Positions 17,587 to 26,611 of a DNA stretch of 32,000 nt are shown piece after piece. Position 1 is the first letter of the stretch, and the number at the start of each line of letters is the position of its first letter. This DNA is from Schaalia meyeri (GTDB lineage: Bacteria > Actinomycetota > Actinomycetes > Actinomycetales > Actinomycetaceae). Location of the stretch: NCBI RefSeq assembly GCF_900105015.1, contig NZ_FNLK01000008.1, forward strand, positions 1 through 32,000, in the 5' to 3' direction. The notes below the pieces were generated by a model. The model was not told the origin of the DNA. It made no database searches and saw only the letters and a program-made list of their open reading frames with translations. Made by a program: the position numbers and the translations under genes.

Positions 17587-18931
17587 GGGGGATGCGCACC
17601 TGCTCCATCGAATCGCGTTCGCGGATGGTCACCGCGTAGTCGTTGGTGGAATCGAAGTCGTAGGTGATGCAATACGGCGTACCGATCTCATCCTGGCGAC
17701 GGTAGCGGCGTCCGACCGCCCCGGCATCGTCGTAGTCGACGTTCCACAGGTCGCGCAGCTGGTCGGCCAGCTGCGCGGCGGGGCCGGTCAGTTCGGGCTT
17801 GCGGGACAGGGGAAGGACGGCGGCCTTGACGGGGGCCAGTCGCGGGTCCAGCTTGAGGACGACGCGCTTGTCGACGCCGCCCTTGGCGTTGGGGGCCTCG
17901 TCCTCGTGGTAGGCCTCGATCAGGAAAGCCATGAGTGAGCGGGTCAGTCCGGCGCTGGGCTCGATGACGTAGGGGGTCCAGCGTTCCTTCGTGTTCGGGT
18001 CGAAGTAGTCGAGCTTGGCGCCGGAGGACTGCGCGTGAACGGACAGGTCGTAGTCGGTACGGTTGGCGATGCCCTCAAGCTCGCCCCACTGCCCGCCCTG
18101 GAAGCCGAAACGGTACTCCAGGTCGACCGTGCGCTTGGAGTAGTGGGAGAGCTTCTCGGTCGGGTGCTCGTACTCGCGCAGGTTCTCCGGGTCGATACCC
18201 AGGTCGACGTACCAGGCTTTGCGGTAGTCGATCCAGTACTGGTGCCATTCCTCGTCCGTGCCCGGCTCGCAGAAGAACTCCAGCTCCATCTGTTCGAACT
18301 CGCGGGTACGGAAGATGAAGTTGCCCGGCGTGATCTCGTTGCGGAAGGATTTGCCGATCTGGCCGATGCCAAACGGCGGCTTCTTACGCGCGGCCGTCAT
18401 GACGTTCGCGTAGTTGACGAAGATGCCCTGCGCGGTTTCGGGGCGCAGGTAGTGCAGGCCGGCCTCGTCGTCGACGGGGCCCAGGTAGGTCTTGAGCAGG
18501 CCGGAGAACGCGCGGGGCTCGGTCCACTGGCCGCGCACGCCACAGGTCGGGCACGCCACGTCGGCCAGGGTCAGGGAGGTTTCCTCCACGCCCTTCTTCT
18601 CGGCCAGTTCTTCGATGAGCTGGTCCTCGCGGGAGCGCTTGTGGCAGTTGAGGCATTCAATGAGCGGGTCTGTAAAGGCTTTGACGTGACCGGAGGCGAC
18701 CCACACTTCGCGCGGCAGGATGACGGAAGAGTCCAGGCCCACGACGTCCGCGCGGCGGCGCACCATGTAGTTCCACCAGGCGCGCTTGATGTTTTCCTTC
18801 AGCTCCACGCCCAGCGGCCCGTAATCCCAGGCGGAGCGGGTGCCGCCGTAGATTTCTCCGCAGGGGAAGACGAAGCCGCGACGCTTGGCCAGGCTGATGA
18901 CGTTGTCGAGGCGGGAGGGTCCCTTAGCCAC
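17543..18931 (-). CDS. glyQS: Glycine--tRNA ligase (class II, homodimeric type)
   Basis: [14 protein letters not shown]...[32 protein letters not shown] and the C-terminal anticodon-binding domain. I place the start at GTG 18931 ([11 protein letters not shown]...), with AAGGAG (18938-18943) 6 nt upstream. The 634-aa ORF-track version is an Arg/Pro-rich upstream extension. Confidence 0.95.
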   Translation of the reverse strand: MAKGPSRLDNVISLAKRRGFVFPCGEIYGGTRSAWDYGPLGVELKENIKRAWWNYMVRRRADVVGLDSSVILPREVWVASGHVKAFTDPLIECLNCHKRSREDQLIEELAEKKGVEETSLTLADVACPTCGVRGQWTEPRAFSGLLKTYLGPVDDEAGLHYLRPETAQGIFVNYANVMTAARKKPPFGIGQIGKSFRNEITPGNFIFRTREFEQMELEFFCEPGTDEEWHQYWIDYRKAWYVDLGIDPENLREYEHPTEKLSHYSKRTVDLEYRFGFQGGQWGELEGIANRTDYDLSVHAQSSGAKLDYFDPNTKERWTPYVIEPSAGLTRSLMAFLIEAYHEDEAPNAKGGVDKRVVLKLDPRLAPVKAAVLPLSRKPELTGPAAQLADQLRDLWNVDYDDAGAVGRRYRRQDEIGTPYCITYDFDSTNDYAVTIRERDSMEQVRIPLEGVKSYLVERLGC

Positions 18932-19067
18932 TTGTAACTCCTTGATACGAGGGGCACGACTGGCTGTCGTGTTGCGATCGATACTAGCCGAAACTACCCG
19001 CGCGCAGGGGGCCGAGACCCCGCGCGCCGATGAGGACCCCGCGCGGCTTGGCCAAAGGGGCACAAGA

Positions 19068-19109
19068 GCCCCGGCCCGCCCCGACGCGAATCGGGAACCT
19101 GGCCGGGGC
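19068..19109 (-). terminator. Candidate terminator hairpin downstream of the 19150..19872 gene
   Basis: GCCCCGGCC (19068-19076) pairs with GGCCGGGGC (19101-19109), with an inner CCCGA/TCGGG helix. On the minus strand it is followed by CTCTTGTGCCCCTTTGG. Confidence 0.4.
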
Positions 19110-19149
19110 CGGGTGTGTTCGGTGTCGTTCCCTCCCGGATCGCCTAGCG

Positions 19150-19872
19150 TCAGCCGACGCGACGGATGTGGCCCGCGGCCGTCAGGGGCCAACCCGCGGC
19201 CACGACCGCCAAGGGGATGAGGCCGAGCAGCCAGAAGGCGGGGTGCATCGGGGGCAGGTAACCACTCTTGTGAACGAGACTGAGGACCAGCCACGTGATC
19301 GGCGCGCCGATGCCGCAGATGCCTAGCGGGATCGCGACCATGAGCACGAATGCCCTCTTCCAGGTTGAGCCGATGCAGCGGGAGAGCCCTCCGATGAAAC
19401 GTCCGGCTCCGTCGCTGGCGACCCAGGCGAGCACGACGAAGAGCCACGAGTCGACGCCGAGGGGGAAGGAATCGCGTCCCACGACGAAGAGCAGGGGATG
19501 GATGGCGATGAGAAGCCCCCAGATGAGGGATCCCAGACCGATGATGATGATGGAGTGCACGTAGCTCGCCGCAGTGAGTATGGGGCGCGAGCCGCCGCTC
19601 AGGGTGGAGGCACGCATGTCGATGGTCGAGCTGAGGACCCCGCAGATGAAGACGAAGATACCTGTGACGGCTGCCGAGTTGAGCGCAGCCCTGTTGTACT
19701 GCTGGCCAACGCTGGGGTCCCAGTAGTAGACGATGGAGTGTATACCAAAGTTGACCAGGAACTGGAAGGTCACGATCAGCAGGTAGAGCACCACCGTGTA
19801 GCGCGAGTCGACGAGCCCGACGCGCAGGGGCGAGGGGGAGGATTTGATGAGGTCGGGGGTTGTGGTGCTCAT
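19150..19872 (-). CDS. Polytopic membrane protein, probable permease partner of the adjacent ABC ATPase
   Basis: 240 aa with about six hydrophobic segments. Its ATG (19872) overlaps the ATPase TGA as ATGA (19869-19872). I recognise no family motif. Confidence 0.6.
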   Translation of the reverse strand: MSTTTPDLIKSSPSPLRVGLVDSRYTVVLYLLIVTFQFLVNFGIHSIVYYWDPSVGQQYNRAALNSAAVTGIFVFICGVLSSTIDMRASTLSGGSRPILTAASYVHSIIIIGLGSLIWGLLIAIHPLLFVVGRDSFPLGVDSWLFVVLAWVASDGAGRFIGGLSRCIGSTWKRAFVLMVAIPLGICGIGAPITWLVLSLVHKSGYLPPMHPAFWLLGLIPLAVVAAGWPLTAAGHIRRVG

Positions 19873-20765
19873 TGGTCGTTCTCCTGGATGAGGTAGGCGA
19901 AGGCGTCCTGGAAGGAACAGGGCGCGAGTGTGAGGCAGTGGGAGTCGATCTCGCGGTCGGTGACGCCGTGGTCGCGCAGGTCTACGACAATCTCGCGGGC
20001 GGATCCAAGCGTGCGCGAGGTGATGACGCCGATGGTGGGGTGGTCGGCCAGGAAGCGTTCCACGTCGGCGGCGTTGCCGGTGATGGAGCAAATGCGGGAG
20101 GTGAACGTCTCGACGCTCTCGTGGGCGAGAAGGCGTCCACCCTTGAGCGCAACGACATCTTCGGCAACGTTTTCGAGTTCGGAGACCATGTGTGAGGAGA
20201 TGAGGAAGGTGCGCCGGGGACGGCGCCCCTCCATGGCGTCGGCGGCTAGGGTGAGCAGCTCCTCGTAGAAGGCGTAGCGGGTGGGCACGTCCAGGGGAGC
20301 CTGGATTTCGTCGAGGATAGTGATGGGGGCACCCGAGGCCAGCGCAACGGCGCCGGTGAGGATGGCGGCCTGACCCGAGGAGACCTTGCGCAGCTTCTTA
20401 CGGCACCTCATCTGGAAGCCGAAGCGCTGGGCGTAGTGGTCGAAGAGCTTCTGATCCCAGGTCGAGCGCAGAGAGGCGTAGGCGACCAGTGCGGCCGCCG
20501 AGGAGTTGTCGAAGTCCCTGTCGGAGGAGGCCATGACCGAGTATCCGAGCAGGTCGTTGGGGCGCATGTCCGTTCCGTTGAGGGTCACACTTCCAGAGGT
20601 GGGTGGAAGCAGGCCTGCCAGAATCCGCATGAGGGTGGTCTTACCCGAACCGTTAGGGCCCACGAGCGCGGTGACGGTGGATTCACCACAATGAAGGGAG
20701 AGATTGGTGAGGGCTTGCTCCGCCTCTCCCGGATAGGCGTGGTTGATGGCGTTGAAGGTAATCAT
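19869..20765 (-). CDS. ABC transporter ATP-binding protein
   Basis: Walker [10 protein letters not shown], a degenerate signature VSSGQ, Walker B ITILDE and an H-loop (LISSHMV). Its ATG (20765) overlaps the GntR gene TGA as ATGA (20762-20765). Confidence 0.85.
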   Translation of the reverse strand: MITFNAINHAYPGEAEQALTNLSLHCGESTVTALVGPNGSGKTTLMRILAGLLPPTSGSVTLNGTDMRPNDLLGYSVMASSDRDFDNSSAAALVAYASLRSTWDQKLFDHYAQRFGFQMRCRKKLRKVSSGQAAILTGAVALASGAPITILDEIQAPLDVPTRYAFYEELLTLAADAMEGRRPRRTFLISSHMVSELENVAEDVVALKGGRLLAHESVETFTSRICSITGNAADVERFLADHPTIGVITSRTLGSAREIVVDLRDHGVTDREIDSHCLTLAPCSFQDAFAYLIQENDQ

Positions 20766-21151
20766 GAGTCTTCCTTGGTGCGAAGGTTGGCGGTGTAGGC
20801 GCGAACATGGTCGGCGATGGAGTCGATGTCGAGGCCGAGGGCGAGGCCAGCCTCGACGGCCGGGTAGAGGGTGTCGTCAACGTAGGTCGTGAGCCCCTTC
20901 TCGACCAGTGAGGCGTGGGCTCCTTGCGCGACGAACATTCCAATGCCGCGACGCTTTTCGACCAATCCCTCGTCAACGAGGATGGCGAATGCCTTCCCGG
21001 CCGTGGCTGGGTTGATGCGGTAGGTCGTGGCGTATTCCGTGGTCGACGTGAGCTGGTCTCCGTCACGAAGTGCACCCCGGAGGATCTGGGAGCGGATGTC
21101 GTTGGCGATCTGCACGTAGATCGGTATCCCCGAAACGAACATTGGAGGCAT
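20762..21151 (-). CDS. GntR-family transcriptional regulator, YtrA subfamily (short C-terminal domain)
   Basis: Winged-HTH IPIYVQIANDIRSQILRGALRDGDQLTSTTEYATTYRINPATAGKAFAILVDEGLVEKRRGIGMFV, followed by only about 55 aa. I prefer ATG 21151, where GGGGGAG lies 5 nt upstream, over the GTG at 21157. Confidence 0.85.
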   Translation of the reverse strand: MPPMFVSGIPIYVQIANDIRSQILRGALRDGDQLTSTTEYATTYRINPATAGKAFAILVDEGLVEKRRGIGMFVAQGAHASLVEKGLTTYVDDTLYPAVEAGLALGLDIDSIADHVRAYTANLRTKEDS

Positions 21152-21168
21152 CTGCACTCCCCCTTTCC

Positions 21169-21206
21169 GTTCAGCGGTTCATTACATGACTAATTAACCA
21201 CTGAAC
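21169..21206. promoter_or_regulatory. Inverted repeat GTTCAGCGGTT-N16-AACCACTGAAC upstream of the GntR gene (candidate autoregulatory operator)
   Basis: 11-bp arms with one mismatch (21169-21179 and 21196-21206), within an AT-rich stretch 18-55 nt upstream of the start codon. On the minus strand it spans plausible -35/-10 elements (TTGGTT-N17-TGTAAT). Confidence 0.4.
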
Positions 21207-21351
21207 CAACACACTCGTCAAGCATCTCTACATTATTGAGTCACAGATCGCACTCATGGCGGCTTGAGACACCCACCCACAAGCACAAAAGCGCCAGGGA
21301 CACCATCGCCTGCGCCAAGCCACCGGGCACCCCGCGCCCGCGCACACAAAA

Positions 21352-21395
21352 AGCCCCGGCCTCGTCCCACGGGGATACGGGACGAGGCCGGGGCT
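21352..21395 (-). terminator. Intrinsic terminator of the sugar ABC operon
   Basis: Perfect 17-bp stem, AGCCCCGGCCTCGTCCC (21352-21368) / GGGACGAGGCCGGGGCT (21379-21395). It is followed on the minus strand by TTTTTGTGTG (A-run 21348-21352 on the plus strand) and lies 26 nt past the malG-like stop. Confidence 0.75.
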
Positions 21396-21420
21396 GGTCT
21401 AACGAGCGAGCCCGGTCAGC

Positions 21421-22323
21421 TCACTCCTTGACCGCGCCGGAGGTCAGTCCGGACACGATGTACTTTTGCAGGTACTGGAACAGCAGGATCACGGGAATCG
21501 CGGCGATCACGGAGCCGGCCGCGAAGATGCCCCACGGCGCGGTACGCGAATCCGACGCCCACATGTACATGCCGACCGCCAGCGTGAACTGGCTCTGGTC
21601 CTGCAGGACCACCTTCGCGATGACGAAGTCACCGAGCGAGGAGATGAAGCTCAGCAGGCCAACGACCGCCAGCACGGGGCGCACCAGGGGCATGATGATG
21701 GTCCAGAACGTCTGCGCGTGGGTTGCACCGTCGATCATGGCTGCCTCGTCCAGCGAGCGCGGGATCGAGTTAAAGAACCCGTACAGCAGGAAGGTGTTCG
21801 ACCCAAGCGCACCGCCCAGGTAGACGCAGATGAGGCCCAGCTTCGAGTTCAGACCCAGCACCGGGAAGATGTCCTGGATGCCCAGGAGCAGCAGGAACAG
21901 GGCGACGAAGGCCAGCATCTGGGGGAACATCTGCACCAGCAGCAGGCCGGTAAGGGTACCGCGGCGGCCCTTGAAGCGGAATCGGCTGAAGGCGTAGGCG
22001 GCCGCAGCTCCCATCAGCACGGTGCCGATCGCGGTGGCCGCGGAGACGATCAGGGAGTTGAGGACCCACGACCAGTACATCGCGTACTTACCGGTGCCCA
22101 GGGATGTGAAATTCTCGAAGGAGATCTTTGAGAACAGCGAGTTCGAGCCAGTCAGCGTCGCCCCCGGGTTCAGGGACACGGACAGGACGTACAGCAGCGG
22201 GATCAGGCAGTAGATGATGGTCAGGATGGCGACGATGTGACGCCAGCCGACCTCTTTCCACCACCGCGTCCCTTTGAGGGTGGTTCCGCTCTTTTTCTTC
22301 GTCACGGTTGCAGCGCTCATCAC
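21421..22323 (-). CDS. Carbohydrate ABC transporter permease (MalG-like)
   Basis: 300 aa with about six TM segments. It has an EAA-loop region (IPRSLDEAAMIDGATHAQTFWTIIMPL). The 4-nt overlap with the upstream permease gene is at 22320-22323. Confidence 0.9.
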   Translation of the reverse strand: MMSAATVTKKKSGTTLKGTRWWKEVGWRHIVAILTIIYCLIPLLYVLSVSLNPGATLTGSNSLFSKISFENFTSLGTGKYAMYWSWVLNSLIVSAATAIGTVLMGAAAAYAFSRFRFKGRRGTLTGLLLVQMFPQMLAFVALFLLLLGIQDIFPVLGLNSKLGLICVYLGGALGSNTFLLYGFFNSIPRSLDEAAMIDGATHAQTFWTIIMPLVRPVLAVVGLLSFISSLGDFVIAKVVLQDQSQFTLAVGMYMWASDSRTAPWGIFAAGSVIAAIPVILLFQYLQKYIVSGLTSGAVKE

Positions 22324-23912
22324 AGCTCCTCAAGGGTCTTCGTCTGGCGGAAGCCAAGCCACGCGATCACGCCCACGACGATGAAAATGACGATGGACAT
22401 GGCCGAGGCCAGGCCGTAGTTCGGGGCACCGGAGTCGATGGCGATCTTGTACACCATCGAGATCAGGATGTCCGACTCACCCACGGGGACGGACAGGCCC
22501 GGGTAGTTGGGGCCGCCGCCGGTCAGCATGTAGATGAGCGAGAAGTTGTTGAAGTTGAAGGCGAAGGACGCGATCAAAAGCGGGACCGTTGCCTGCAAAA
22601 CGAGAGGCAGCTTGATAGACATCACCGTGCGCAACCCGGAGGCGCCGTCGATCTTTGCGGCCTCCTCGATGTCGCCCGGCAGGGATTGCAGGGCGCCCAG
22701 GCAGACGAGGAACATGTAGGGGAAGCCCAGCCACAGGTTGACGCCCAGGATCGAGACCTTGGCCAGCAGACCGTTCGTCAGCCACGGGATGTTTGCCCCG
22801 CCCAGGAAGACGTTGTTAATGAAGCCGAAGTCCGTGTTCAACATGCCCCGCCAGACCAGGGTGGCCAGGAACGCGGGGAAGGCGTAGGGCAGGATCATCA
22901 GCGACTGGTAGATCTTGCGTCCCTTGATGCGCTTGTCGGAGAAAACCAAGGCCAGGATGAGACCGAAGGCGAAGGTCGACAGGACCGAGAGAACCGCGAA
23001 GATGAAGGACCAGACGAGCGCCTTGAAGAAGGGGCCGGCCAGGTCGGAACTGGTGACCATGTTGCGGTAGTTATCAAAGCCGATGAAGACTCGCCAACCC
23101 GGGTTCAGCTGGTTACCGGCCGAATCGACGAACACGCCCGTCTTGTTGTCGGCGGTGTAGACCGTCCCGGTCGCGGAGTCGGTCAGCGTATCAGCCGCCG
23201 AGTCGTAGCTGTAGGTCGACTTCGCCAGGTAGGCGGTGGAGCCGTCGTCGCTCTTGTAGTACCCGTCGTTGGGGTCGGAGGAGACGGGAACGGTCAGCTT
23301 CGCGACCTCGCTCTGACGATTGAGGATCTCGTTGAGTTTCAGGATCGTGTAGCCGTCGACCTCGGAGATCATGCCGCCGGACACGGTGCCCTTCACCTCG
23401 CGCAGGGGCGTGTCGGCGTTGCCTTCCTTGAGGGTTCCCGTCGCAGGGTCGGCGACGACCAGCCCCAGCCCGGAACCCTCCTGGACGATCGCGGCCGGGA
23501 CGTTCACGGCACCGGGCGCGCGTTGTTCGGATGCCTTCAGGATGGACGCGATCGCGTCATCCTTCGTTGAGTTGTGGCCCTGCCCGTAGTTGGTGAAGGA
23601 CACGTAGCCCGTGTACCCCATGACAAAAACCTGGTAGATGAGCAGGAAAACCATGCCGGGAACCAGGTACTTGGCGGGAATCATCCGCTTGGAGAAGTAC
23701 ACCCAGTTCACCGCGAGGAGCAGCAGGGCCATAATGACCAGCACCGCCCACGACTTGACCATGTACGCCGTAAAGATGCCATACAGCCCCAGGGCATCAA
23801 TGGCCATCATCAGGGCCAGTTTGATGAAAAAACCTGGCCTCATCACTTCACGAGCGTGCGAGGGTGCGTAGCCCTCTTTTTTCTTTTCCGCAGCCTTTGC
23901 GGGTTCAGACAT
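22320..23912 (-). CDS. Carbohydrate ABC transporter permease (MalF-like, with a large extracytoplasmic loop)
   Basis: EAA loop LPGDIEEAAKIDGASGLRTVMSIKLPL, and a long hydrophilic insert between early TM segments as in MalF. The start is ATG 23912 (MSEPAKAAEKK...) with GGAGGA (23917-23922) upstream. Confidence 0.85.
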   Translation of the reverse strand: MSEPAKAAEKKKEGYAPSHAREVMRPGFFIKLALMMAIDALGLYGIFTAYMVKSWAVLVIMALLLLAVNWVYFSKRMIPAKYLVPGMVFLLIYQVFVMGYTGYVSFTNYGQGHNSTKDDAIASILKASEQRAPGAVNVPAAIVQEGSGLGLVVADPATGTLKEGNADTPLREVKGTVSGGMISEVDGYTILKLNEILNRQSEVAKLTVPVSSDPNDGYYKSDDGSTAYLAKSTYSYDSAADTLTDSATGTVYTADNKTGVFVDSAGNQLNPGWRVFIGFDNYRNMVTSSDLAGPFFKALVWSFIFAVLSVLSTFAFGLILALVFSDKRIKGRKIYQSLMILPYAFPAFLATLVWRGMLNTDFGFINNVFLGGANIPWLTNGLLAKVSILGVNLWLGFPYMFLVCLGALQSLPGDIEEAAKIDGASGLRTVMSIKLPLVLQATVPLLIASFAFNFNNFSLIYMLTGGGPNYPGLSVPVGESDILISMVYKIAIDSGAPNYGLASAMSIVIFIVVGVIAWLGFRQTKTLEEL

Positions 23913-24025
23913 TGTGTCCTCCACACGTGCGCGTTTGCGCGTCATTGCGACAGATCCCGCCGGGCGACGGGTCAGGGGGCACCGTCGGTGCCGATGCGCC
24001 GAGCCTCGGCGCTCTCTATCAGTAT

Positions 24026-24066
24026 GCCCCACACCCGCCCGCCGCGCGGGAAGGCGGGTGTGGGGC
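24026..24066 (-). promoter_or_regulatory. Intercistronic stem-loop between the binding-protein gene and the permease genes
   Basis: Perfect 14-bp stem, GCCCCACACCCGCC (24026-24039) / GGCGGGTGTGGGGC (24053-24066), inside the 211-nt gap. No U-tract follows. Confidence 0.5.
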
Positions 24067-24123
24067 TACTCGTTCGTACGGACAAGGCGCCACGCGCGGG
24101 CTGCTATCGCCCGGCGAGGCAGC

Positions 24124-25353
24124 TCACTTGGAGCCGATTGAGTTCTCGATGTTGGTGATCATCGTGGTCCAACCGGTGTCGGGCGCCTCGGCGCCCGTGA
24201 CGATGTTGGCCTCGGTCTGGCCCCAGAACTTCCACACGGAACCCATCGCGGGGATCGCGGGGGTCAGAGCGCCGGACTGAGCGACCTTCGAGAAGTCCTT
24301 GATGTCCTGCTTGCTTGAGGCCTCGGCGACGGATGGCATCGCGGAGGCACGTCCGCCCAGGTCCTGCATCTTGGTCTGCGCCTCGGGGGTGGCCAGGAAG
24401 GAGAAGAACTGCTTGGCGACGATCGGGTTGGCGGCCTTGGAGCTCTGGTAGAACATCTGGACGCCGACGAAGGGCTGCGCGGCCTCGGAGCCGGCGGCGG
24501 GGACAGGCAGGACGGAGACGTCCATGCCGGCCTCACGGAAGGCCGCGACGTTCCACGGGCCGGTCACCGTGTAGGCGGCCTTGCCGTCAAGGAATGCCTG
24601 CTTGGCGATATCGGAGGTGATCGACGGGGAAACGATGCCCGCGTCGCCCTGAGCCTTCAGCCACTTGGCGAAGTCGGTGCCGCCGCTGCCGCCCATGGCC
24701 AGTTCGGAGGTGTACTCGCCGTCAGAGTTGGTCTTGAAGACGGGCGCACCGAAGGAGTTCTGGAACGCATAGAAGTGGTAGGCGTCACCCTTCTCGCCCA
24801 TCTGGACGAGGAAGGGGTATTCGGCGCCCGTGCCCTTGCCGGAGGAGATCATGTCGTCGTAGTTCGAGGGGCTGTCCTTCGTCAGCGCGTTGTTACGCAC
24901 CAGGGCGACGGACTCGATGGCGTAGGGAACACCGTAGGTCTGGCCGTTGTAGGTCACGCCCTTGACGGCCACGTCGGAGAACTGGGACTTGGCCTCGCCC
25001 AGGTCGACCGGCGCAATGACGCCGTTAGAAACCAGCGCACCCAGCTTGTCGTGTGCCATGACGATCAGGTCGGGACCATTGCCGGTGGGAACCTGGGTGG
25101 TGAACTCGGTGTCCATGTCGGATTGGGACTTTTGTACAACGGAAACCTCCACCCCGGAGGACGCGGTGAAGCTCTTGGAGAGCTCCTGCACCTGGGAGAA
25201 GCGGGTGTCGTCCGCCCAGATCGTCAGGGTCGCCCCGGAGCCCTCGCGCGAGCCGTCAGAGGACGATGAGGAAGAGGGGGTCGTACCGTTGTTGCAGGCG
25301 GCCAGGGCGGTAGCCGCCACGAAGACGCCGAGTGCTGCGATGCCACGTCGCAT
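24124..25353 (-). CDS. Sugar ABC transporter substrate-binding lipoprotein (MalE/maltodextrin-type family)
   Basis: Signal peptide with the lipobox LAAC (MRRGIAALGVFVAATALAACNNG) and a Ser-rich linker. The length and layout fit family-1 SBPs. ATG 25353 is preceded by AGGAG. Confidence 0.85.
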   Translation of the reverse strand: MRRGIAALGVFVAATALAACNNGTTPSSSSSSDGSREGSGATLTIWADDTRFSQVQELSKSFTASSGVEVSVVQKSQSDMDTEFTTQVPTGNGPDLIVMAHDKLGALVSNGVIAPVDLGEAKSQFSDVAVKGVTYNGQTYGVPYAIESVALVRNNALTKDSPSNYDDMISSGKGTGAEYPFLVQMGEKGDAYHFYAFQNSFGAPVFKTNSDGEYTSELAMGGSGGTDFAKWLKAQGDAGIVSPSITSDIAKQAFLDGKAAYTVTGPWNVAAFREAGMDVSVLPVPAAGSEAAQPFVGVQMFYQSSKAANPIVAKQFFSFLATPEAQTKMQDLGGRASAMPSVAEASSKQDIKDFSKVAQSGALTPAIPAMGSVWKFWGQTEANIVTGAEAPDTGWTTMITNIENSIGSK

Positions 25354-25433
25354 TGTTACTCCTGTGTTGATCGGGCCGGTCGCCTCCATCAGCGACCCGC
25401 TACATGAGCCACTGTAAACGCCTCATTTTGTTT

Positions 25434-25462
25434 CTGCAACAATTTTCCGAATTGTGTGCAAG
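25434..25462. promoter_or_regulatory. Candidate LacI-family operator in the divergent intergenic region
   Basis: CTGCAA (25434-25439) and TGCAAG (25457-25462) are direct TGCAA repeats 22 nt apart. They bracket the palindrome ACAATT-N5-AATTGT (25439-25455). Confidence 0.3.
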
Positions 25463-25519
25463 CTGTTACATTTGTCGTGGAATCGGTCGCGCGCGAGCAT
25501 CCAAAGGAGAGCTGAGTCG

Positions 25520-26536
25520 ATGACGAAGAATCGCACGAGCATGGCAGACATTGCATCTCACGCCGGCGTATCGACCGCAACAGTTTCACGCGTTTTCAAC
25601 GGGGTCGGCCAGGTGTCCGCCGACACGCGCCGCAGGGTCCTCACCGCCATCGACGAGCTGGGCTACGACCGCCCGACTCCCGAGCACACGAGCGACACGC
25701 CGACGATCGGCATCATCGTTCCCGAGCTGACAAACCCAATCTTCGCCACCTTTACGCACCATCTTCAGGAGGAGGTGTCGCGAGCCGGGGGCATCTCGCT
25801 GATTTGTTCCCAGACCCCGGGTGCCACCTCCGAGGTCGACCACCTCATCTCCCTCATCGAGCGCCGGATCAGCGGCCTCATTTTCGTCTCGGGCAGACAC
25901 GCTGACCTCCTGGCGGACCTGAGCCCGTATAAGGATATCGCCCAGCGCGCCATCCCCTTCGCAACGATCAACGGCGCGCGCTCCGAGGTCCCCGCGCCCG
26001 ATTTTTCCACGGGGGACGCTCTGGGCATCCGCGCAGCCATTACCCACCTGCACGAGCTCGGTCATTCGCGCATCGCGCTGCTGACGGGCCGCACGCACAT
26101 CGTCCCAGCGCTGCGCAAGGCCGAGGCCTTTACTCAGGTGATGAGCGAGCTTGTCGGGGATCCCTCCCCCATCATCGAGGAAACCTTCTACACCTACGAG
26201 GCCGCGGCGGCCCGCACGCACGCGCTCATCGAGCGGGGCGCCACCGCGATTATCGCCGGATCGGACTTGCAGGCATTGGGCGCGGTCCGCACGATCTCCT
26301 CGATGGGGCTGTCCGTGCCCGACGATATCTCCGTGATCGGTTTCGACGATTCGTTCCTGATCAGCCACCTCGATCCGGCGCTGACGACGATCCATCAGCC
26401 CGTGCAGGCAATCGTCACGTCGGCGGTGCGCGGCCTCTTCGAGGCGTTGGCCACACCGGGCGTTCCCCCGGTGCACGCTGACTACGTCTTTTCCCCTGAT
26501 TTAATCGTGAGAGGATCGACCGCGCGCGCCCGGTAG
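25520..26536 (+). CDS. LacI-family transcriptional regulator
   Basis: N-terminal HTH MADIASHAGVSTATVSRVFNG, followed by a periplasmic-binding-protein-like sugar-binding core. ATG 25520 is preceded by AAGGAGA. Confidence 0.9.
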   Translation: MTKNRTSMADIASHAGVSTATVSRVFNGVGQVSADTRRRVLTAIDELGYDRPTPEHTSDTPTIGIIVPELTNPIFATFTHHLQEEVSRAGGISLICSQTPGATSEVDHLISLIERRISGLIFVSGRHADLLADLSPYKDIAQRAIPFATINGARSEVPAPDFSTGDALGIRAAITHLHELGHSRIALLTGRTHIVPALRKAEAFTQVMSELVGDPSPIIEETFYTYEAAAARTHALIERGATAIIAGSDLQALGAVRTISSMGLSVPDDISVIGFDDSFLISHLDPALTTIHQPVQAIVTSAVRGLFEALATPGVPPVHADYVFSPDLIVRGSTARAR

Positions 26537-26594
26537 CGCCCGCTGGCGCGTGGGACGCCCACTCAGAATGACTTGACAAATATTCTCAGCCGCA

Positions 26595-26611
26595 ATGAGA
26601 AAGATTCTCAT
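26595..26611. promoter_or_regulatory. Zur-box-like palindrome ATGAGAA-AGA-TTCTCAT
   Basis: Perfect 7-3-7 inverted repeat. Its core, TGAGAAAGATTCTCA, resembles the actinobacterial Zur box core TGAAAATnATTTTCA. It covers both candidate znuA start codons (26595 and 26610). TTGACA lies at 26573-26578 and TATTCT at 26581-26586. Confidence 0.6.

Noticed and set aside
18932-19067. A T-box or other riboswitch leader upstream of glyQS
   Set aside because: Only about 135 nt lie between the upstream terminator-like hairpin and the start codon, which is too short for a T-box. I could not find a specifier-loop or T-box consensus. The short GACCCCGCGCG direct repeat there is GC-rich filler-like sequence.
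18932-19447. N-terminal extensions in the ORF track: glyQS to 19447, the malF-like gene to 24032, ilvE to 7433, dnaG to 11675, cydC to 4507, the TraX-like gene to 9137, znuB from 28329, zur from 29299 and LacI from 25454.
   Set aside because: The extensions are Arg/Pro-rich, overlap neighbouring genes or terminators, and lack ribosome-binding sites. The internal starts have AGGAG-like sites or ATGA coupling, and they give proteins of canonical length.
19150-21250. The GntR-ABC cassette as a low-GC horizontally acquired island
   Set aside because: Hand counts of a few 60-nt lines gave about 61% GC in the membrane-protein gene versus about 65% in glyQS and about 72% in dus. That is within the gene-to-gene scatter I see elsewhere, for example in parts of the mal permease genes. 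No flanking repeats, tRNA or integrase are present. A proper sliding-window GC and codon-usage computation is needed before any such claim.
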